A stretch of DNA of 10,234 nucleotides from Oligoflexales bacterium (lineage in GTDB: Bacteria; Bdellovibrionota_B; Oligoflexia; Oligoflexales; CAIYRB01), in assembly GCA_041736175.1 (NCBI GenBank), contig JBGSUI010000198.1, positions 1 through 10,234 on the forward strand. Reading direction: 5' to 3'. Numbering within the stretch: the stretch's first letter is position 1; every line of letters starts with the position of its first letter. Under the pieces are notes generated by a model. That model saw only the letters and a list, made by a program, of their open reading frames with translations, did not search any database and had not been told where the DNA came from. Shown piece by piece: positions 1 to 5,732 of this stretch. Position numbers and translations under genes: made by a program.

Positions 1-107
1 TCTACGAAAAAGGATTGAAAGTCAGCGATGACGAGTTTGACGAGATCAAGATCAAGTTCCATGCAAAGTATCCAAAATGGAATTATATAATAAGCCCAAT
101 CAAGTAG
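1..107 (+). CDS. ISAzo13-family (Rhodopirellula-type DDE) transposase, C-terminal 34 aa; partial at window edge, not in ORF track
   Basis: Frame from nt 3 reads YEKGLKVSDDEFDEIKIKFHAKYPKWNYIISPIK* (TAG 105-107). This matches the ISAzo13 C-terminal pattern Y-x-x-G-x-K-V-S-D-E-E...W-N-Y-x-I-x-P. Confidence 0.9.
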   Translation, partial: YEKGLKVSDDEFDEIKIKFHAKYPKWNYIISPIK

Positions 108-137
108 AACCTGTCCAAGTAATTTTTACACACCTCC
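1..137 (+). mobile_element. Right end of an ISAzo13-family insertion sequence; terminal IR ~117-137, probable 3-bp target TTA at 138-140
   Basis: The transposase stop is followed by AAGTAATTTTTACACACCTCC|TTA, which reads inward as GGAGGTGTGTAAAAATTACTT. A GG/GA end and 3-bp target are typical of the family. The other IR is outside the window. Confidence 0.75.
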
Positions 138-418
138 TTAGTGCCATTGAAATCAGCATCAACGATTTCTCCGGTGCCATCTTCAAAGTTATTTTCAGAT
201 TTCTCTGCACCAGCTTTAGCAGCAGCTGCGGCGATCGCCGCAGCTCGATCTGCAGCTATTCTCGCTAAAAGTCGATCTTGTTTGGCTTCCTCGAGGGCTA
301 TTTTGTTTGATACAAAGGCTCCAAAAATAGCGAAATCACTGGTTTCAAGTCTTTGCTGGTTAATTCGCTCACGGACTTGGCGTAAACCATCTAGCGTGAT
401 TTCGATACGCAAGGTCAT
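138..418 (-). pseudogene. tnpC: N-terminus of IS66-type transposase TnpC, disrupted by ISAzo13 insertion (track ORF 83..418 runs on into the ISAzo13 end)
   Basis: Last gene of the tnpA-tnpB operon, with a TAATG overlap with the DUF4338 stop. Helical/coiled-coil N-terminus followed by a low-complexity linker. The last residues EVCKNYLDRFYLIGLII are the antisense of the ISAzo13 IR and transposase tail. No catalytic domain is visible, so the call rests on context. Confidence 0.6.
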
Positions 419-1299
419 TAGGTTTGCGCCTTGTCGTTACTTTGGTTAAGGAGAGTTGCTTTAAAATTCGGGACCAGTGGCATTATCCAGATGCTTTTAA
501 CCGGTTGGTCCTTTTTCCGGTACCGATCCATGCGACTGCGACCCTGGGTCAAACCGACATTAATCCAGTTTCCTGCCTTATAGCAGGTACCAGAAAAACG
601 CTCCTGATCGACAAAAGTTTCAAGGAGTACAGGTCGGTATCCATAGCGAGTTTGCCAATCATTTGAAATACGCCTCTTCACCAGTGCCAAGGATTTTGTT
701 GCTAAATTCTGGCAACGTACCCAAGGAAGAATTAGAAACCTTGTTTGGTTGACGATCAGATGCAGATGAGTCTGGCGCTGTTCTGCTGTCCAACCGATAA
801 AACGGTCACGGGGTGCAATCTTCCAGGCGGCGCCACCAAATCCCATGACTCCAAGGAGATTACCGCCGCCAGTGATAAAATAACGTAGCTGCGCACCAGG
901 GGTGATCTTGTATCCAAGGTAATGATATCTGCTGATCAACTCGTTCCACAATGCTGATGGCTTGCCGGGAGTAACCATCTCCACCGCAAGATCTTTCAGA
1001 TCGATGATATTGATGTGGAGTGGTTGTTTAGGATCGCTTGCCTCGCTAGAAAATGAACTTCGAAGTACCCGGTATGATCGACGGGTGGGCGGCAACTCAA
1101 TCAATCCGTCCTTACACATTCTGATCATTGCAACCCGACAACTCATAAGATTTGGTTGGCCGTTTACCCGCTTCCAATCGAAGGTAGCGCAGACCTGACG
1201 GGCCAGCTCTGCTCGGCGTGCCTGAGGCGCAGCAGAAATCAAACTTCGGATACGCTCAATATCGTCATCTGACCAAGTTTTGCCACAATAGTTGTACAT
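418..1299 (-). CDS. DUF4338 (DruA-like) family protein with N-terminal helical domain and Mom/GNAT-like C-terminal motif
   Basis: 293 aa. Motifs YHYLGY...GAQLRY, RDRFIGW, NQTRFLILPWV...NLA and W...YGYRPVLLETFVD...FSGTCYKAGNW..VG.T.GR are hallmark DUF4338 blocks. Confidence 0.9.
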   Translation of the reverse strand: MYNYCGKTWSDDDIERIRSLISAAPQARRAELARQVCATFDWKRVNGQPNLMSCRVAMIRMCKDGLIELPPTRRSYRVLRSSFSSEASDPKQPLHINIIDLKDLAVEMVTPGKPSALWNELISRYHYLGYKITPGAQLRYFITGGGNLLGVMGFGGAAWKIAPRDRFIGWTAEQRQTHLHLIVNQTRFLILPWVRCQNLATKSLALVKRRISNDWQTRYGYRPVLLETFVDQERFSGTCYKAGNWINVGLTQGRSRMDRYRKKDQPVKSIWIMPLVPNFKATLLNQSNDKAQT

Positions 1300-1307
1300 A
1301 ATGCCTT

Positions 1308-1377
1308 ACCACCAAAGTTAAACATCGCGGTCACTATGCCCCATTTGTGCATCTGTGACCAGCCCTTTTTTGGTGGT
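1308..1377 (-). promoter_or_regulatory. Nested stem-loop overlapping the ribosome-binding region of the DUF4338 gene
   Basis: Perfect inverted repeats ACCACCAAA (1308-1316)/TTTGGTGGT (1369-1377), GGTCAC (1329-1334)/GTGACC (1355-1360) and ATGC (1336-1339)/GCAT (1349-1352). The mRNA reads TTTGGTGGTAAGGCATT-ATG. Confidence 0.6.
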
Positions 1378-1416
1378 TATAACAATTTTTTCTGGTTCTC
1401 TTTGAGAGCCCGCAGC

Positions 1417-1776
1417 TTAGGCTACTCGCTTCCAGAGATCTGGAAAGCGGCTACCTGCTGGATCACCACCCCATATGAGGACTTGAAGTTCGCTGGCGAG
1501 TAGTGAGGAACCTGCCTTGCCTTCACCGGTCTTTGGCCACACTTTATTGTAGGTCCCCTTTGAAAGTCGTCTAGTCGATAGCCAAAAACCACCTCCGTCA
1601 TAATGGAGAACCCTCAAGCTGTGTCCCATCATATTGCGGAAGACAAAAAAGGCTCCACTCATAGGCTCGTGTTCTAAAATAAGGCGAGCCACAGCCGCAG
1701 TGCCATCGATCCCATTCCTAAAGCTGATAGGATCATGCATTATAATAATCGTCGCATTGGTGGGAATCTGAATCAT
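1417..1776 (-). CDS. tnpB: IS66 accessory protein TnpB (Orf2 family; unrelated to IS605 TnpB nuclease)
   Basis: PISFRNGIDG and FFVFRN...LRVLHYDGGGFWLSTRRLSKG match the IS66 Orf2 consensus (D.RKG.DGL; FVFRNR...KIL.WDG.GFWL..KRL..G). 119 aa. Confidence 0.93.
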   Translation of the reverse strand: MIQIPTNATIIIMHDPISFRNGIDGTAAVARLILEHEPMSGAFFVFRNMMGHSLRVLHYDGGGFWLSTRRLSKGTYNKVWPKTGEGKAGSSLLASELQVLIWGGDPAGSRFPDLWKRVA

Positions 1777-2156
1777 GCATCACCTCCGAAAATGTGGCAA
1801 AAATTAGCTAAAATGGCACTAGTTTCTTTCGAGACTTGAAATACTCTTAACTTGACGCCCCTTCGAGATTCTAACTCAACCAATGGACCGGAATGGCCAG
1901 GTGGGGCAGAGACCTCGACTCGAGTAAAAGTCGGAATCGGTGCGACTGACTTGTTTCTAGGTTTCGGCGCCGAGATTTTTCCGAGGCGCCAAGCTTGGAC
2001 CTTTAGGCGATAGGCCACTGGACCTATGCCATGCTCGATCGTTTGTCGCTGAGCACGCTCGATCAGATCACTGGGCACAGGCTCATTGATGTGTTTCTTA
2101 TTCCTTCGCCAGGTTGCAAAGGCAGATTCTAATTCTGTCAAAGATTCGGTCGTCAT
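1773..2156 (-). CDS. tnpA: IS66 TnpA-like HTH accessory protein (divergent type)
   Basis: 127 aa with an ATGA overlap with tnpB. N-terminal F..WR......P..L...A......G...VA..L helical block, and the C-terminal F..VEV...VELE...G..LRV pattern typical of TnpA. GAGGA RBS upstream. Confidence 0.78.
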   Translation of the reverse strand: MTTESLTELESAFATWRRNKKHINEPVPSDLIERAQRQTIEHGIGPVAYRLKVQAWRLGKISAPKPRNKSVAPIPTFTRVEVSAPPGHSGPLVELESRRGVKLRVFQVSKETSAILANFCHIFGGDA

Positions 2157-2277
2157 AAAATCGTCCCTCAGATCGATTATCGATTGAGTGATGATTAAGC
2201 GATTGGCAAAAGAAAATCGTCAACTATCTCCGGAACAGTAGCCTCACTTCAGTCAAGCCCCTTGCTTTGCGAGGGCG

Positions 2278-3066
2278 TTATGACTCTCTTTTCTTGATCT
2301 TGTAAACATGATGGCTGGATTTAGAGTCCGCTCTAAGACGTATGATCCTCGCTACTTCAGGGTCTCCTTTTTGATTGACTCGAGGTGCGTAGAGGGCTCT
2401 TGACCTTTCATCTGCCCCGACCATAGGCTCACATAAATAATAGACTGCTAAACTTTTCCGGTATATGCCCTCCTCGACTCTTAAAGGTTGACTCATCCCA
2501 TGCCAAGAATTCTGAGTAGTGTCAAATAGTACTGCTCGATTGAATACGGGTTGGATTTCAACTCCTAACTCGCCGGGTTCGCGTGAGTTTTCGCTATGTC
2601 GCCAGAGTCCTAGGAATCCACCGTGATTTGGTTTGAGTTCATAAGAGAGGTAGATTATGATATTTAGGCGCCGCTGGAGTCCGAGTTTCGGATGAATGGA
2701 GTAATCCAAATGAGGATTTAGGTTGCCATTTGTCCCATGAATATGCCACCCACCTCCGTGCAATCCTGGGTCAGTGATTAGGCGAGTTCCGACTTTCTCC
2801 TCAATTATGTTGAGAAACGGTCTACTCTGTAAGTCATTGAGTGCAGCATAAGTTGCAGCTGGAAAAGAATTCCATTCATTTAGAGCTTTTTTATTTTCTA
2901 GTGGATTATCGTAACAATACCATTTTGGAGAATCATAATCGGGGAACTCTCTGCTTAGCTGCATAGCCGCTTCAACTTCGAAAAAATTATCTACAATGCA
3001 GTGGTCGAACGGGCCCGACTTGCCATATGAATCAATTTGGGCCAAAAAGTTATCATATCTAATCAT
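2278..3066 (-). CDS. 2-oxoglutarate/Fe(II)-dependent oxygenase (prolyl-hydroxylase-like family)
   Basis: PFDHCIVDNFF, DPGLHGGGWH, HxD (PHLDY), RRLNIIIYL, GGFLGLW, FNRAVLF, distal His (SWHG) and 2OG-binding RKS. Confidence 0.93.
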   Translation of the reverse strand: MIRYDNFLAQIDSYGKSGPFDHCIVDNFFEVEAAMQLSREFPDYDSPKWYCYDNPLENKKALNEWNSFPAATYAALNDLQSRPFLNIIEEKVGTRLITDPGLHGGGWHIHGTNGNLNPHLDYSIHPKLGLQRRLNIIIYLSYELKPNHGGFLGLWRHSENSREPGELGVEIQPVFNRAVLFDTTQNSWHGMSQPLRVEEGIYRKSLAVYYLCEPMVGADERSRALYAPRVNQKGDPEVARIIRLRADSKSSHHVYKIKKRES

Positions 3067-4082
3067 GCAATCCTCGCTGTATGACCTAAAATTGCCTTAA
3101 ATACAGCTACAAGTTTTTCTGATTTTTGTCGTCCTAGAATAAGCAAGATCATTCCATAAAGATAGAAAAAAATTCCGCGATATCCAATTTTGTTTAGGTC
3201 TTTCATATAATTTAGAAATGGCCCGGTGCCTTTATCTACGTGATATGAAAGTACGGAAAAGGAATATGCAGATGCTATTCGTTTTAATGCTTGAACTATT
3301 GGGGCATTTAGGTCCTTTTCTAGGATAGCTGCGCAGTGAAAAAATTGACCCATTTGGTATACACTAGAATCAATTGTACGTTGTCCAGGTATCCATTTGC
3401 CTTTGCGTTCATTTTCTGAACTGCCAAAATCTGCGAAATCAAGTAATCTATTGTGAACAAGAATATCAGGAACATAAACTATATTAGATTCTTTAAGAAT
3501 TCTGCCGATGATATAATTCTGGTAGTAAAGAGTCCCGTCTACGGCATCCGTGCTAAATCGATGGGCTAGATCCGTTTTGATAACAAGTCCAGACACTAGG
3601 ACACTACGATAGAATGCCCAAGCTGTTTCCTCAGGAGAATAGGCAACCAATTTGTCTTTTGACACATATCTGTGTATTTGAAAGGAATTTTCTACTTCTT
3701 TATAAAAAGATTTATAAGATCGGATAATAGCGCCAGGCTGATATTTATGTATTTTATCAGATATCACTCTAAGAGAATTTGTCTCCATAAAATCGTCATT
3801 GCCCATGAGTATGATGTATTCTCCAGAAGCTTTTGAGATGACATTTCGTAGGTTTTTATCATATCCAAGGTTAGATTTGTTTTCGAAATATTGAATTTTC
3901 TTTCTGTACTCTTCAGGATATTCAAGAATTACCTGTTTGATAGCATTGCGTTCCGGTGATTTGTCTTCACAGATAACGACTTCGATATCTTTGTATTTTT
4001 GGTCGAAGATCGAATCGAGGAGAATTTTGAGTTTATTACTTCTATTGAAAGCTGGTATACACACTGATAATTTGGTGGCCAA
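3063..4082 (-). CDS. Glycosyltransferase family 2 (resembles RfbV/abequosyltransferase-like GTs)
   Basis: LSVCIPAFNR, EVVICEDKS, NLGYDKNL, GEYIILMGNDD. TTG start with GGAG RBS. AT-rich. Confidence 0.92.
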   Translation of the reverse strand: MATKLSVCIPAFNRSNKLKILLDSIFDQKYKDIEVVICEDKSPERNAIKQVILEYPEEYRKKIQYFENKSNLGYDKNLRNVISKASGEYIILMGNDDFMETNSLRVISDKIHKYQPGAIIRSYKSFYKEVENSFQIHRYVSKDKLVAYSPEETAWAFYRSVLVSGLVIKTDLAHRFSTDAVDGTLYYQNYIIGRILKESNIVYVPDILVHNRLLDFADFGSSENERKGKWIPGQRTIDSSVYQMGQFFHCAAILEKDLNAPIVQALKRIASAYSFSVLSYHVDKGTGPFLNYMKDLNKIGYRGIFFYLYGMILLILGRQKSEKLVAVFKAILGHTARIA

Positions 4083-4173
4083 CTCTAGATCTCCATAATG
4101 CTGCGGGTAACTGGTCGAAGATGACTATAGTGAGATTTCTATAATACAAGTCTATTTGGAAACTCTTATTACT

Positions 4174-4362
4174 TCAATGATATATTACAACATTTAGATC
4201 CAGGTCTTTAAAAAAAACAGCATTTAGTTGATGGTTCCAATTTTTTCCGGTGTGAATGAGTACATGATTGAAATTGGCATCTAATGCTTTGATTGTTATT
4301 GTTAGCCGAATAATTTCTGGTCTTGTTTCAAGAATTGTCGCTACACGTAATTTATCGCTCAT
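4174..4362 (-). pseudogene. fnlC: Truncated UDP-GlcNAc 2-epimerase family gene (FnlC/WbjD/CapG)
   Basis: Only 62 aa of a protein normally ~375 aa. ETRPEIIRL (consensus GTRPEIIRL) and HTGKNW (consensus HTGQNY). Similarity ends after VFFKDLDL. Overlaps the fnlB stop. Confidence 0.88.
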
Positions 4363-5515
4363 AATTCACCATTATAGCTGTAGTGTCTGGATTAGAAGGA
4401 TTAAAGATTTCACTGGCCCAAAAAATGCAAAGCATCTCATCATCACCGGTATTTTGTATTGAATGTGTGTACCCGGGTGGGATGTCGATAGTTGAAATTG
4501 GGTCATCTGTAACGTCTATGGTTAATGTCTCAGAAGATATTAGATGCTGCAACTGAATTTTAGCTTTGCCGCGAATAACAGTGAATTTTTCAATTTTATT
4601 ATGGTGATAATGGTTACCTCGAGTAACACCTGGGAGAGTTTTCGAAATAAAAAATTGGCCCGCACTGGGAGACTTTAATAATTCAAAAAGCCAACCACGC
4701 TGGTCTCTTTTCATTTCGGGGGTCGATTTAATCTTGTCAGCAGGAAGGAAAGAGCAGAATGTAGAAAATAGCAGATGATCGAAATTCACGCTTAAATTTG
4801 GCAATAATTGCTCATTTCGACATTTATTGAAATATTCAAGCTTTGAAGCTAACTCTCCTAAACTTATTTGGAAAACTGGTGAGATCCTATGAAATGCGGG
4901 GGCCTCCGAGGGAGGGGACACAAATCGCGTTGTGTTGGTTTTTCCGGAGGCAAACCAACTCATAAGTATTGCTTTAAATTGATCTACAATGGACGAAACA
5001 TGAACAAGATCAATATTCTTTAGAGGCTCATTTACTAGAATAGGTAAGTTGTGGGTGATATTGTGACAAAACGTGGCAACAACTGAATTATAATCGGGCT
5101 TGCACCATTTGCCAAATATATTTGGCAGTCTAAATACCCAAACAGTTGCTCCTGTTTCCTTGGAATATTGAAAGATGGCTTTTTCAGCTTCTATTTTAGA
5201 TAATCCATAGTCATTATTGTTAGTTGCTTGGATGGACGAAGAAAGTACAATCGGAGTTTTGTGATTTAAACTTAAGAGCCTGTCGACAATTTTTCGAGTA
5301 AATCCTGTGTTATCTTGATAGAAAGCTTGTGGATCTAATGGGCGGTTAACTCCCGCTAGGTGAAATATGAACTCGGCTTCAGAGATCATTTTATCCCAAT
5401 TATAATCACTAGTAGATCTATCCGCGCAAAGTATTTCGAAGTCGGGAATTGAGCCCAATGTATAGAGAAGATTTTTTGCTAAGAATCCCTGAGATCCAGT
5501 TATCAACACCTTCAT
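4352..5515 (-). CDS. fnlB: UDP-2-acetamido-2,6-dideoxy-hexos-4-ulose reductase/epimerase, SDR plus C-terminal cupin (FnlB/WbjC/CapF)
   Basis: ITGSQGFLAKNL, FHLAGVNRP, SSSIQA, YGLSK (YxxxK), RLPNIFGKWCKPDYNSVVATFCHN, and cupin RGNHYHHNKIEKF...IPPGYTH...WASEIF. Confidence 0.95.
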   Translation of the reverse strand: MKVLITGSQGFLAKNLLYTLGSIPDFEILCADRSTSDYNWDKMISEAEFIFHLAGVNRPLDPQAFYQDNTGFTRKIVDRLLSLNHKTPIVLSSSIQATNNNDYGLSKIEAEKAIFQYSKETGATVWVFRLPNIFGKWCKPDYNSVVATFCHNITHNLPILVNEPLKNIDLVHVSSIVDQFKAILMSWFASGKTNTTRFVSPPSEAPAFHRISPVFQISLGELASKLEYFNKCRNEQLLPNLSVNFDHLLFSTFCSFLPADKIKSTPEMKRDQRGWLFELLKSPSAGQFFISKTLPGVTRGNHYHHNKIEKFTVIRGKAKIQLQHLISSETLTIDVTDDPISTIDIPPGYTHSIQNTGDDEMLCIFWASEIFNPSNPDTTAIMVNYER

Positions 5516-5614
5516 CTAAGCTGCCTTTTTGGTTTTGACTTTTTGTACGTATTTAAGATTTTCTAATTCCGTTTTTATCTGTTCAAACGATAATCTTAGA
5601 GTGTCGTCAGTTTT
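5516..5614 (-). pseudogene. fnlA: C-terminal remnant of FnlA/WbjB/CapE dehydratase (not in ORF track)
   Basis: Reads KTDDTLRLSFEQIKTELENLKYVQKVKTKKAA*, resembling the FnlA tail (S.NT.RL..EQIK..L..L.YVQ). Its TAG directly abuts the fnlB ATG. No start codon; in-frame TAG at 5615-5617. Confidence 0.7.
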
Positions 5615-5732
5615 CTAGGGACTTGGATCAAATAGATAACTCTGTGCACATCTAGAGGTTGATTGATCTTACCGAAGACTGGGGGATACTCAGCATCTAA
5701 TGGAGTAATCATATCTGCCGAATAAATTTACT

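Larger units (their letters stand above)
138..2247 (-). mobile_element. Non-canonical IS66-family element (tnpA-like, tnpB, DUF4338, tnpC), interrupted by ISAzo13
   Basis: Clear IS66 TnpB with an ATGA-coupled upstream TnpA-like ORF. Candidate left end at 2247 reads GTGAGGCTACTGTTCCGGAGATAGTTGACG inward (GT start resembling IS66 ends, with a TTGACG -35-like box). The exact boundary is inferred because the partner IR is not in the window. Confidence 0.8.

Noticed and set aside
205..270. GCA/GCT-rich repeat-like tract
   Set aside because: Encodes the Ala-rich linker of the TnpC N-terminus; not a tandem repeat or array.
418..1299. Complete Druantia anti-phage system
   Set aside because: Only the DUF4338/DruA-like gene is present. 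There is no DruE helicase or other dru gene, and the context is an IS66 operon.
1417..1776. RNA-guided TnpB (IS200/IS605) nuclease
   Set aside because: Name overlap only. This is the 119-aa IS66 Orf2 with no RuvC or zinc-finger motifs.
2257..2280. Hairpin GCCCCTTGC-TTT-GCGAGGGC as terminator, attC site or IS605-type end
   Set aside because: C-A mismatch on the transcribed strand, no U-tract, no complementary GTTRRRY box, and no Y1 transposase or integrase nearby.
2278..4082. TET/JBP plus glycosyltransferase DNA hypermodification system
   Set aside because: The oxygenase motifs are of the prolyl-hydroxylase-like type and the context is a wecA/fnl polysaccharide locus.
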